Below are positions 37,499 to 51,000 of a stretch of 64,000 bases of DNA, piece after piece. The position numbers were made by a program, and so were the translations under genes. The notes under the pieces were generated by a model. It did not search any database. It saw only the letters and a list, made by a program, of their open reading frames with translations, and was not told the DNA's origin. Origin of the DNA: Macrostomum lignano (lineage: Eukaryota). Within the stretch, counting starts at the first letter, position 1, and each line of letters starts with the position of its first letter. The stretch is from NCBI GenBank assembly GCA_002269645.1, contig NIVC01000543.1, positions 434,001 to 498,000 on the forward strand, given 5' to 3'.

Positions 37499-38090
37499 TA
37501 CTTTCTAAGAAACCCCAAGCCATTTACTTTCTAAGAAATTTGACTACTGACTATAAGAACCACAAGTACGATTTCGAAGATACGCCAGTTGATTTCTAAG
37601 AAACTACAGCTACTTTCTATGAAGACAAAATACTTTCTAAGAAACCTCAAGCTCTTTAATTTCTAAGAAATTTGACTACTGACTATAAGAACCACAAGTA
37701 CGATTTCGAAGATACGCCAGTTGATTTCTAAGAAACTACAGCTACTTTCTATGAAGACAAAATACTTTCTAAGAAACCTCAAGCTCTTTAATTTCTAAGA
37801 AATTTGACTACTGACTATAAGAACCACAAGTACGATTTCGAAGATACGCCAGTTGATTTCTAAGAAACTACAGCTACTTTCTATGAAGACAAAATACTTT
37901 CTAAGAAACCTCAAGCTCTTTAATTTCTAAGAAATTTGACTACTGACTATAAGAACCACAAGTACGATTTCGAAGATACGCCAGCTGATTTCTAAGAAAC
38001 TACAGCTACTTTCTATGAAGAAAAAATACTTTCTAAGAAACATCAAGCTCTTTAATTTCTAGGAAACGTAACCGCTGTCTATAAGAACAC
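37499..38090. repeat. 132-bp tandem repeat (~4.5 units) with several TTCTAAGAA per unit, downstream of MED12
   Basis: Unit starts at ~37499, 37631, 37763, 37895 and 38027. Confidence 0.9.
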
Positions 38091-38402
38091 ACGTCGCTTA
38101 ATAAAAAACTGTATCGGATTTCGTATGCCAGTCGATTTCTAAGAAATCACTGCTAATTTCTAAGAATACAGAAACCTCGAACCACTCAAATCCCAGGAAA
38201 TTTAACTAATGAATAAAAAACAAATTGCTTTATTGAAAAACTGCCTATGATTTCTTAGAAAATCATCCACTTTCAACAGAACACGAAAAACCTGTACGTT
38301 CCAAGAAACCTAAACCAGTCATTTTATAAAAACTTCAGATTTTCATTGTGATATCCAATTAGTGATATTTATAAAAAATCAGAAGCTATATTGACTGTTC
38401 TG

Positions 38403-39024
38403 TCATCTCGGGGCATTATAGTAGCTGTTGGGATGCGAGGGAAACATCTGGCCATGCTGCTGCTGTTGCTGCTGCTGCTGGTTGCTGTAGGCAGAATAAG
38501 CGGGCGGGGGTGGCGGCTGCTGCTGCTGCAGATGCGGAGCCACCGATACAGCTGAAGGTCTCTGGGCGTACATGGGAGCGGCTTGCTGCTGCTGCTGTGC
38601 GTGCTGCCGACCCACCATGGAGCGCTGAAGGGCATCGTTGGTGGCGGGGGCCTGGGCTCGCTGGACAGGGCCCGGCATCATCATGGCTGCACTGCCGCTG
38701 CCGCCACCGCGGCCACGAGCCTGCACCGGCGCCTGCTGGCGGAATCCCGCTGGATGCTGCTGCGGTTGCTGCTGCTGTTGCTGCATGTGATGAGGCATCT
38801 GCGGCTGATGATGCGGCTGGGGATGGCCGAAACTCGAGCCGACGCCGCCACCGGAGCCGTTCCAGGCGGCCGGCTGCGCTGGAGGCGGCGGTGGCGGAGG
38901 CGGCGGCGGCTGTAAAGCGTAGCCGGGAGCAGTGGCGGCCGGATGATGAAGATAGCCGTGGCCGTGAGGCGGCTGCTGGCTTGGCTGCTGCATCGCATAG
39001 CTGGTAGAAGAGGCCGGTTGCTGC

Positions 39025-39056
<32 letters not shown>

Positions 39057-42000
39057 CAGCGAGGCCTTCTTCTTTACCGACTTCCGCCCGGTGGTTTGCG
39101 GAGCGGGCGGAGGCAGCGGCGGCGGCTGGTGCGAATGCTGGCTGTGCAGATTCTGATGCGGATTCTGGTGCAGCTGCTGATGCAGGGGCTGATGCGGCTG
39201 GTGCTGCTGCTGATGAGGCGGATGCGGAGGCTGATGCGTATGCTGGTGCTGCATTTGAGCATGCTGATGAGCATGCTGATGCTGGAGCTGCTGCTGGTGC
39301 ATATGATGATGGTGATGGTGGTGCTGCTGCTGAGGCGTCATCATGTGATAGGGAATCTGGCCCGGGTGTTGGTGCTGGCTGTGCATAGGATGCTGAGGAT
39401 GCTGCATCTGCTGATGAGGCACAGCTGGTAAGCCATTGGACATTTTCATCTTTTTGGGCTCATCCGGGACTAGGTCCTCCTCCGGCAGGTCGGGACTGCG
39501 CAGGTAATAGCGCTCGTCTCGGACTGGCCTAGCGCCGGGGCCGGCGCGGGTTAGGGGCGCCACCAGGTGCGCCAGCTCGTGCCGGCTGGGCGGCAGGTCG
39601 TAGCGCATGGCGGTGTACCAGGACAGCGACAGTGGCTGGAAAGTCTTGACGCCTTCGATGAGCTCAAGAGGGCTCATGTGCTCGCGGCCGTGCAGAATGC
39701 AGCTGGCTGGGCGGCGAGCTGCGGATAATTGATTTGGATAGGGGAGAACTGCAGATTTGAGCCTGCTGCTTGTGTCAGAGTGTCAGTTAATGTGTCAGTG
39801 AGTGGGTCAGCTGATGTGTCAGTGAGTGGGTCAGCTGATGTGCCAATGTGTGGGTCAACTGATGGGTCAGTGAGTGTCAGTGAGTGGGTCAGCTGATGGT
39901 TCAGTGGGTGGGTCAGCTGATGTGTCAGTGAGTGGTTCAGCTGATGTTTCAGTGAGTGGTTCAGCTGATGTGTCAGTGAGTGGGTCAGCTGATGTGTCAG
40001 TGAGTCAGCTGATGTGTCAGGTCAGCTGATGTGTCAGTGAGTGGGTCAGCTGATATCAGCTGATGTGTCAGTGAGTGGATCAGCTGATGTTTCAGTGAGT
40101 GGGTCAGCTGATGTGCCAATGTGTGGGTCAACTGATTGGTCAGTGAGTGTCAGTGAGTGGGTCAGCTGATGATTCAGTGGGTGGGTCAGCTGATGTGTCA
40201 GTGAGTGGTTCAGTGAGTGGGTCAGCTGATGTGTCAATGGGTGGGTCAGCTGATGTGTCAGTGAGTGGGTCAGCTGACATCATGATGTGTCAGTGAGTGG
40301 GTCAACTGATGGGTCAGTGAGTGTCAGTGAGTGGGTCAGTTGATTGTTCAGTGGGTGGGTCAGCTGATGTGTCAGTGAGTGGTTCAGTGAGTGGGTCAGC
40401 TGATGTGTCAATGGGTGGGTCAGCTGATGTGTCAGTGAGTGGGTCAACTGATGGGTCAGTGAGTGTCAGTGAGTGGGTCAGCTGATGGTTCAGTGGGTGG
40501 GTCAGCTGATGTGTCAGTGAGTGGTTCAGCTGATGTGTCAGTGAGTGGTTTAGCTGATGTGTCAGTGAGTGGGTCAGCTGATGTGTCAGTGAGTGGGTCA
40601 GCTGATGTGTCAGTGAGTGGGTCAGCTGATGTGTCAGTGAGTGCGTCAACTAATTAATTAATTTGTCAATGATGTGTCAGTTAATGTGTCAGTAAGAGTA
40701 CTTGCCGGTCAGTGTGTCAGTAGAGGACATTGTCAGTCAGTGTGTGAGCGAATACAATCTCCCGGCCTCACTCACCGATGCGGCACACGGGCACCTCAAA
40801 GGTGAGCCTGGGCGTGACAAACAGCGGTCTGAGCGGGGCCGGCAGCAGGTCGCTGTCTTTGAGCTCCTTGCGCAGCTTCTTCACCACACCCAGCAGGTTC
40901 TTTCTCTCATCGTCCAGCGTCGGCTGCCGCTCCGGGTCGGAGCCGGGCGGCCCGGTGGCCACCGCGTGCAGCAGCGACACCAGCATGTCGATGACGCGGT
41001 GAAAGTCCTCCCGACTGCTGCCGATGTCCACCACCGAGTGGGTGACCAGCTTGGCTAGCAGCATGGACCACTCTGCGCACAGGCTGGTGTTTTGCAGCAA
41101 GACGCCGAACAAGGAGCCGACAAGAGAGAGGCGCAGACGCAGAGCCTGGTAGTTAACGAAGGGGAAACAGGACGGACATTATGCACATGTGAACAAAGAC
41201 TAGTGACATAGGTGTTACTCGAAGCAAATATAGACACAAAGACATGGGTTTAGAGACATGCGTACAAAGCATCGGAGTCCGGACACGCAGGACTAATGAC
41301 AGACACGAGATATAAATCATATAATTGGAACAGATGACAGGGATGTATGGGACAATATGAGCAGGGGACAAAAACATGGGATAATCCGGCCAGAGAACAA
41401 AGACACATGGCATACTACATCCAGAGAACAAAATACACATGGGATAATACAGCCAGAGAATAAAGACATATGCAATAATGAGCAGGGGATAAAGATATGG
41501 AATAATAGAGGACAGAGCCATGGGACAATGCGGTCAGAGGACAAAGACACATGGGATCATATGAGCAGAGAACAAAGACACATAGGATCATACGACCAGA
41601 GAACAAAGACACATCTTTTTTTATTTTTTTTAGAGGCAGGGGGGTTGTGTGCACCTTGGCGCAATTTAAGCGTCATTGGCACACAACCGGCGAGAGGCAT
41701 TACTGCCCATTCCGCCGACTCCCCTGAGCAGGCATACAAGCGCGCGGATACGTACGCAGGCACACACTCACACAGGAGTGTACAGCGGCCCTAACTTTAT
41801 CAATTGTTAGGCATGTACACTTCACTGCGCCTTGGGGGGTTGGCTCTCAAGGCCGTTAATTGCACAAGCGAGCCAAGCCAAGATTCCAATCCAGCCCCAA
41901 ATTAATGTGGCTGCACTTGGAATCGAGCCTGGGTTGCTGGCACACCAGAGCAGCTGCGCTACCGCTGGGCTACGGCCCCCAACAAAGACACATAGGATCA

Positions 42001-45000
42001 TATGGCCAGAGAACAAAGACACATAGGATCATACGGCCAGAGAACAAAGACACATAGGATCATACGGCCAGAGAACAAAGACACATAGGATCATATGGCC
42101 AGAGGACAAAGACACATAGGATCATACGGCCAGAGAACAAAGACACATAGGATCATACGACCAGAGAACAAAGACACATAGGATCATATGGCCAGAGAAC
42201 AAAGACACATGGGATCATACGGCCAGAGAACAAAGACACATGGGATCATACGGCCAGAGCACAAAGACACATGGGATAATACGGCCAGAGAACAAAGACA
42301 CATAGGATCATACGGCCAGAGAACAAAGACACATGGGATCATACAGCCAGAGAACAAAGACACATGGGATAATACGGCCAGAGAACAAAGACACATGGGA
42401 TCATACGGCCAGAGAACAAAGACACATGGGATAATACGGCCAGAGAACAAAGACACGTGGGATAATACGGCCAGAGAACAAATACACATGGGATAATACG
42501 GCCAGAGAACAAAGACACATGGGATAATACGACCAGAGAACAAAGACACATTATATCATACGGCCAGAGAAAAAAGACACACGAGATCATACGGCCATAG
42601 AACAAAGACACATGGGATTATACGGCCATAGAACAGACACATGGGATTATACGGCCATAGAACAGACACATGGGATTATACGGCGGCCATAGAACAAAGA
42701 CACATGGGATTATACGGCCAGAGGCCGAAGACACGTGAGATCATACGGCCAGAGTACGCGTATATAATAACGCTGCCGAAGCTCACCTGCCCAAGCAGAC
42801 AGCGCACCCGCAGATCCTCTTCAATACCGGAGTCCAGCGCCTTCTCAGCGTGCTCAATGTACCTGTTAATCTGCTGGAACAGGCCGGACTGAGTGCCAGG
42901 GCTGAGGATGTCCAGCCGGACGGATTCCTCGGCCAGAGACTCCTGCAGCAGGCAGAGGAAGGGCGGATAGGCCAGCAGAACTGAGCTCCGCCTCAGCATG
43001 TCCTCGCGCTCGTGATCGGCCTTGGCGTTGCTGAAGCTGGCGCCGCAGTCCAGCAGAGAGCCGGCGGATTTCACAATCTGAGCTCGAATACTCGGGCCGA
43101 GACTGTGCGAGCTGAGCTTCCGGATTAGCAAGCTGACGAGCCAATCAGTCTCCACCGGCTCAATTAGCGGCAAGCCGGGCGGCGGCGGCGGCTGATGAAG
43201 CTGCTGGTGATGCTGGAGCTGGTAGGCCTGGCTGCCGCCGCTGGGCGTGGGCGTGGCCGCAGTCTCAGACTTGAGCACCGGGGCAACCCGATGGCTGAAG
43301 AACTCGCACAGTGAGTTGGCAAATTGGCGCTGAGTCGAGTCCAAATCGCCTGGGCCGGAGATGAGCCTCAGCAGGCTCAGCTCAACCTCAAGCAGGCTCC
43401 AGGTGAGATACCAGAGCGACAGGCCTTTGAACAGGTGGCTAAAGTTCTGAGTCTGGCGCCAGAAGTCGGAGAACGAAGCAACGGACGAGCCGGTCATCTC
43501 CGCTCGCTGCGGAGTCGGGCAGCGGTAGGCGATGCTGTGCAGGATGAAGCGGGCCTGAGAGTCCGTGATGAAGGAGTCCAGCAGGGCCTCCTTGCTCAGT
43601 AGAGTCTCTGTGAACGGCTGGCGAAGGAATTTCTCCCTAATCCAGGCCGAGTCGGTGATCTCCTTGTACACTCGGGCGGCAAAATCGGCGAATCGCAACG
43701 AGCGAAGGTCGACGGGCGACTCGCGAGCGGCCTCGCGTTGAACGCATTCAAGCCAGGAATCACCTGGGATGAGCAGCAGCACCTGGAGCAGGACGGGTGG
43801 CGGCGGGGACCGGGTTGGCGATGGGTGATAGGGCGAAGTTTATAGAATTAGAGATGGATATGGCTGTTATAGTGGTGCGGATATGGCTGTTAAAGAGGGC
43901 GGATATGGCTGTTAGAGAGGGCGGATATGGCTGTTAGAGTGGTGCGGATATGGCTGTTAGAGAGGGCGGATATGGCTGTTAGAGGGGCGGCTATGGCTGT
44001 TAGAGGGGGCGGATATGGCTGTTAGAGGGGGCGGATATGGCTGTTAAAGAGGGCGGATATGGCTGTTAAAGAGGGCGGAAGTGGCTGTTAGGAGAGGGCG
44101 GATGTGGCTGCTAGAGAGAGGGTGGATATGGCTGTCAGAAGGGCGGATTTGACTCTAAAAGGAGGCGGATATGGCTGTCAGAAGGGGCGGATATGGCTGT
44201 CAGAAGGGGCGGATATGGCTGTCAGAGAGGGGCGGATATGACTCTAAAAGGAGGCGGATATTACTGTCAGAGGGGCGGATTTGACTCTAAAAGGAGGCGG
44301 ATATGGCTACGAACAATAAAGACAAGTAGTGGTAAGGGGAAACAAGCCTCAGTAAAGAACCGCAGGGGAGCTGCCTCAGCATGAACCTACCTTCAGAAAG
44401 AAGCTGAGCGAATTGGAAGATATTTTATCCACAACGGCGCCACGCAGCAGCAGTTTGTCCGTTAACGACTTGAGCGGCAGCTTGAGCGTCACGATCAGGT
44501 AGAACACGTGGATGGCAAGCCTGGCGGAGGGCTCGGCGCTTTGATTCTTCAAGTAATCGCTGACCACGGGAAACAGCACGTTGGTGACAAAGTCGGCGAT
44601 GGTGAAGCAGGTCCTGGACAGCAGCAGGCCGCACAGTACGGACAGCTTCTCGGCCAGATTCGGACAGTTGCAGACGAGATCGCGCAGCATCTGAGGCAGC
44701 ACCGGCTCGAATTTGGCGCTGCCTGAGGCTGAGTTGAGCAGAGCCCGAAGAATCCAAAGCCAACGAGGCGGCAGCTGAGCACAGAAGGTGGTGCACTCGC
44801 AGGCCTCCACGCAGGTCTTCAGGACCTGGGCGGGTTTGATGCGAAGTTCAAACACAATGAATAGCTTGTGGATTCAACAGGCAGTGAATGGATCCTGAAG
44901 CCGATGATGACCATGAAGAGTCCTGTACAGAATCGCCACTATCAGATCCTGTACAGAATCGCCACTATCAGATCCTGTACAGAATCGCCACTATCAGATC

Positions 45001-48000
45001 CTGTACAGAATCGCCACTATCAGATTTGTACAGAATCGCCAATAAGATACTGTAAAGAATGGCCCTATAAAATCCTGTACAGAATTCACAGTCACTACAC
45101 TACAGTCACTAAAACACAGTCACTACAGATTCTGAACAGAATGTCACTACAGATTCTGTACAGAATGTCACTACAGATTCTGTACAGAATGTCACTACAG
45201 ATTCTGTACAGAATGTCACTACAGATTCTGTACAGAATGTCACTACAGATTCTGTACAGAATGTCACTACAGATTCTGTACAGAATGTCACTACAGATTC
45301 TGTACAGAATGTCACTACAGATTCTGTACAGAATGTCACTACAGATTCTGTACAGAATGTCACTACAGATTCTGTACAGAATGTCACTACAGATTCTGTA
45401 CAGAATGTCACTACAGATTCTGTACAGAATGTCACTACAGATTCTGTACAGAATGTCACTACAGATTCTGTACAGAATGTCACTACAGATTCTGTACAGA
45501 ATGTCACTACAGATTCTGTACAGAATGTCACTACAGATTCTGTACAGAATGTCACTACAGATTCTGTACAGAATGTCACTACAGATTCTGTACAGAATGT
45601 CACTACAGATTCTGTACAGAATGTCACTACAGATTCTGTACAGAATGTCACTACAGATCCTGTACAGAATCCCCCATAAAATCCTGTACAGAATTCCCCA
45701 TAAAATTCTGTACAGAATCCCCCATAAAATTCTGTACAGAATCCCCCAAAAAATCCTGTACAGAATGTATTTAAAGATCCTGTACAGAATCGCCCATAAG
45801 ATCCCACGGAACCGCCCAAGAGGCCAAGAAGAATCACCTTCTCATCCGTGTCGCACATGAGCACATTGTACAAATAATAAGAGAAGAAGTTGGTTCGCTT
45901 CTCCTCCTCAGACGAGTTGGCCCGTTTCCGTTCTTCCTCATCGTTGAGCAGAAGCTCCTCAATGCTGGGGTGGGTCAGGTTCATCAGAGTTGGAGGAAAT
46001 TTAGCCTGCGGAATTTCGTAGGCCTCAATTTTCTTATAGATTGCCTGCTTGAGTTTCGGCCTAGCCCGGGAGAAGATGTTATGAAAGCCGGCCTTCACTG
46101 AGATGGACTGCGAGTACAGGTCGAACAGGTAGGCCAGGGTGCAACGGTCGGCACATGAGCACTGCTCAGGATTGCCAACTTTCTTGACATTAGTTCGGAC
46201 CAAATTAGAGAACAGGGCTCGCATTTCAGCCGGCATGGTCATCAGGATCGCCTGGTACTGGCGGAGGTAGCCGAGGACCCGAAGCACCACTTTGTTGCTC
46301 CACATGCGCAGGAAATTGTTGCGCTGCTGCTCCTCCGGGGTGACCGGCATTGCGGCGCCCGCTGCCGCTGCCGAGCCCGGGCAAACCTTGTTTTCCACTC
46401 TGCAATTGGCGGGGCAGTGAGATGCTATGGGAGTGCTCAAGGGCGATGCTATTGCAATGCTCAAGGGCGATGCTTTGGGAGTGCTCAAGGGCGATGCTTT
46501 TGCAGTGCTCAAGGGCGATGCTTTGGGAGTGCTCAAGGGCGATGCTTTGGGAGTGCTCAAGGGCGATGTTTTGGGAGTGCTCAATGGCGATGATTTGGGA
46601 GTGCTCAAATGCGATGATTTGGGAGTGCTCAGTGGCGATGATTTGGGAGTGTTCAAATGCGATGATTTGGGAGTGCTCAATGGCGATGATTTGGGAGTGC
46701 TCAGTGGCGATGATTTGGGAGTGCTCAAATGCGATGATTTGGGAGTGCTCAATGGCGATGATTTGGGAGTGCTCAGTGGCGATGATTTGGGAGTGCTCAA
46801 ATGCGATGATTTGGGAGTGCTCAATGGCGATGATTTGGGAGTGCTCAATGGCGATGATTTGGTAGTGCTCAATGGCGATGATTTGGGAGTGCTCAATGGC
46901 GATGATTTGGGAGTGCTCAAATGCGATGATTTGGGAGTGCTCAGTGGCGATGATTTGGGAGTGCTCAAATGCGATGATTTGGGAGTGCTCAATGGCGATG
47001 ATTTGGGAGTGCTCAATGGCGATGATTTGGTAGTGCTCAATGGCGATGATTTGGGAGTGCTCAAGGGCGATGATTTGGGAGTGCTCAAGGATGATGCTTA
47101 AGGATCATAAGAAATTAAAAGAATCAAAATCATAGAAATTCTACTTAAAATCTCGCTAAAGCTCACAAAGGCGCAACACTTACTTTAAAATGCTATTCGA
47201 AATCTCAACTAGAAAGTAGATCAGGCCGGTGAGATTGCCGGACAGCTCTACCAGGTTCATGAGGAACAGCATCCGGGATGGAGACGGCAGGATATTGCAG
47301 CTGGGATCTTCGTAAAACTGGCGCAGCGATTCCATGAGGCTGCGCTTGCCCTAAAGAGATATGGGTTTGAATTTGAATTATTGTGTTCGTTGTGCCTGGC
47401 TTTGGCTATAAAAGCTCAGAAACTAAGGATCTGGGAGGCTGGCCCAGCCGGCCCCAGCAACTGAGGATCTGGAGGCCGGCCCAGAAACTGAGGATCTGGG
47501 AGGCCGGCCTGGCAACTGAGGATCTGAAAGGCTGGCCCAGCAACCGAGGATCTGGGAGGCTGGCCCAGCAACTGAGGATCTGGGAGGCTGGCCCGGCAAC
47601 TGAGGATCTGAAAGGCTGGCCCAGCAACTGAGGATCTGGGAGGCTGGCCTAGCAACTGAGGATCTGGGAGGCTGGCCGGCAACTGAGGATCTGGGAGGCC
47701 GGCCTGGCAACTGAGGATCTGGGAGGCTGGCCCAGCAACTGAGGATCTGAAAGGCTGGCCCAGCAACGAGGATCTGGGAGGCTGGCCTAGCAACTGAGGA
47801 TCTGAAAGGCTGGCCCAGCAACTGAGGATCTGGGAGGCTGGCCCAGCACCTAAGAAACTGAAAAATTTGCTGTTGTCTCCAGACTCACTTGAGCAGTAAC
47901 CAGCTCCATCTCGCAGAACGTGAGCATAGAGAATCGGCGCCTAATATCGTTGAGCTCGGCGTCCTCGTCGGCGCTGCCGGCCCGGCGCTGCTTGGCGTAC

Positions 48001-51000
48001 ATGCCGGTGCTGGCGTCCATCAGGTTGTGCTTCTTGGTGAACAGCCGGCTGACCTCCCGCACCAGACGGCGCAGGAATCTCTTCAAAGCTTCCTCGCTTT
48101 TGCCGACCCCGTAGAGCATGTGGAGGCGCTGGCTGGCCTCGTGAGCGTAGGTGTCATCGGCGGGCAGGGGGAAGTGGGCCAGGTACTGGATGTGCTTGCT
48201 GGGCTGCTGAGCCAGGCCAGGCGGGCTGTACTCAGTCTCAGAGAAAACCAGCGGCGCCTTCTCCGAGCTCAGAATGTCGTGCGCGATCAGGTACCTGAAT
48301 AGGTACGCAGGATATGCCCTAATGTAATTCAACTGTAGCAAGTCACCTGGTGTCACCTGTTGAAGGTCTGGAAAGTCAGAGCTGATGCAGACACGTGTGG
48401 ATGACATGCTGATGAAACTTCAGCTGAAGAATTGAATACACTAGCGCTTATGGGAAAATCCGACCTGCTGGTATAATTGTGTTGAATATCTCGGAGATAT
48501 TCAAGATTTGACTCTTGTTTGAGAAGGTGAGCAACTAAAATTAGCCCGTGTTTTTGCGTTTCGTATTGCTTAGTTGAAGTACACCTACGAATCGTCATGT
48601 ACACCCCTCACCTGGCATAGCTGTCGTGGTCGAAGATCTCCCTATCGATGAGCTCGCCAAAGAGGGCCACCAGATTCCGGAACGGCTCCTGGCAGTCGGG
48701 TCCGGATTCGCGGTCCTGCCTAGGCGCCGAGTCGCTATTCAGAAAGCTGACCAGCTGATCGTGCAACCGGACCGGATCCACCCGGTTCAGCAAGCGCAGC
48801 TTCTCCATGAGCACCGCGGCAACCACTGGCCGGTGGCAGCCGCCGCGGCTCGGGTGCACAGCCCACTGGCAGAGCAGATTGGCCACCCGAAGGTCGCTCT
48901 CCGGGTCCTCCCGATCGAAGCACTTGGTGAAGAGGTTGTGCATGATGTCCTTGTCCTGCAGTGGCATCTCAGACTCGCCCTGCTGCAGCGCCTCCTGGGG
49001 AAAGTGGGATTGGAGGCTTGCTTGCTTGGGAAAAGGCGTGAAACTTGTCTGAAAAACAAAGCCCAAAATCTCATGCTACAGCCACCTAGTCTCATTACAG
49101 CAGCCCAAAATCTCATATTACAGCTGCCCAAAGTCTCATATTACAGCAGCCCAAAATCTCATATTATAGCAGCCCAAAATATCATATTATAGCAGCCCAA
49201 AATATCATATTACAGCTGGCTAAAATCTCATATTACAGCAGCCCAATATCTCATATTACAGCTGCCCAATATCTCATATTACAGCTGGCTAAAATCTCAT
49301 ATTACAGCAGCCCAAAATCTCATATTACAGCAGCCCAAAATCTCATATTACAGCAGCCTAAAATCTCATATTACAGCAGCCCAAAATCTCATATTACAGC
49401 AGCCCAAAATCTCATATTACAGCAGCCCAAAATCTCATATTACAGCAGCCCAAAATCTCATATTACAGCAGCCTAAAATCTCATATTACAGCAGCCTAAA
49501 ATCTCATATTACAGCAGCCTAAAATCTCATATTACAGCAGCTCAAAATCTCATATTACAGCAGCCCAAAATCTCATATTACAGCAGCCCAAATCTCATAT
49601 TACAGCTGGCTAAAATCTCATATTATAGCAGCCCAAAATCTCATATTACAGCAGCCCAAAATCTCAGATCACAGCTGCCTCTGCCAGTATCTTTTATCCC
49701 TTGATCAGTAGAGCAGTTAGAAGCACCCCAATGACACTGGGATGCGGTACTCGCGGCTTGGCTCACTTTATTATCCTCAGACATATAGTCGTGCTTGTCC
49801 AGGTGCTCCAGCACTTCAATAAGCCGCAGAGTGTCCGGACTGTCAACCCGACGGGTCCAATGCTGCTCAGCCTCGGCGCTCCTGTTGATAATCTCTAGCA
49901 TGAGCTGGCGCAGGGGGTCCAGCAGTTTCGGCGGCACTGGCAGGCACAGCAGGTTGCATGGCAGGCGGTCCAGGGGGCTTCCATACAGCGGCGACTCGCA
50001 GCTGACGGCGGCGGACCAAACGGCGGACTCCGGGCAGCGCAGGATGGTGGTGACAATCAGGCTGGTGACTGACAGCAGGATCTGGTAGTGCTGCGGGCAC
50101 TGCGACCGCTGGGCGAACTGCAGGTCAACAACGCTGCTCAAGTCGTGAACAACGCTGCAGCAGACGCCGAGAAATCTGCGACTCTCCAGCTCGGAGGTGG
50201 AGAAGTGCTGCACCACGGCCAGCAGGTGAGGCAGGAGGAACGCCAGCTGATTTTCTGAGCGGCGGCAGCGCTCAACGAACTCGGTGACCCAGCGGAGAAT
50301 CTCCAGCTGCTCGAACAGGCTCTGATCCAGCATGGCAACCAGCAGGTCCCAGACGTAGTTCCATTCGTCTTGCACATCCTCGTCTGCGCCATCGACCGCG
50401 GCCTCGAATGTGTCCTTCAGGTGCGTGCAGATGTCGTTCTTGACCTGCGTTTGGACGGCAAATAGGTCAATAGGTCAATAGATCTGCTTGGGTCAGCCGT
50501 CACTGACACACTAAATAGGTCAATAGGTCTGCTTGGGTCAGCCGTCACTGACACACTGAATAGGTCAGTAGGTCTGCTTGGGTCAGCAATCACTGACACA
50601 CTAAATAGGTCAATAGGTCTGCTTGGGTCAGCAATCACTGACACACTGAATAGGTCAATAGGTCTGCTTGGGTCAGCCGTCACTGACACACTAAATAGGT
50701 CAATAGGTCTGCTTTGGTCAGCCGTCACTGACACTGACACACTAAATAGGTCAATAGGTCTGCTTGGGTCAGCAATCACCGACACACTTAATAGGTCAAT
50801 AGGTCTGCTTCGGTCAGCAATCACTGACACACTGAATAGGTCAATAGGTCTGCTTGGGTCAGCAATCACTGACACACTGAATAGGTCAGTAGGTCTGCTT
50901 GGATCAGCAATCACTGACACACTAAATAGGTCAATAGGTCTGCTTGGGTCAGCAATCACTGACACACTGAATAGGTCAATAGGTCTGCTTGGGTCAGCAA

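Noticed and set aside
38510-39431. Plus-strand Ala/Leu-rich ORFs
   Set aside because: They are antisense to the Gln/His-rich last exon of MED12.
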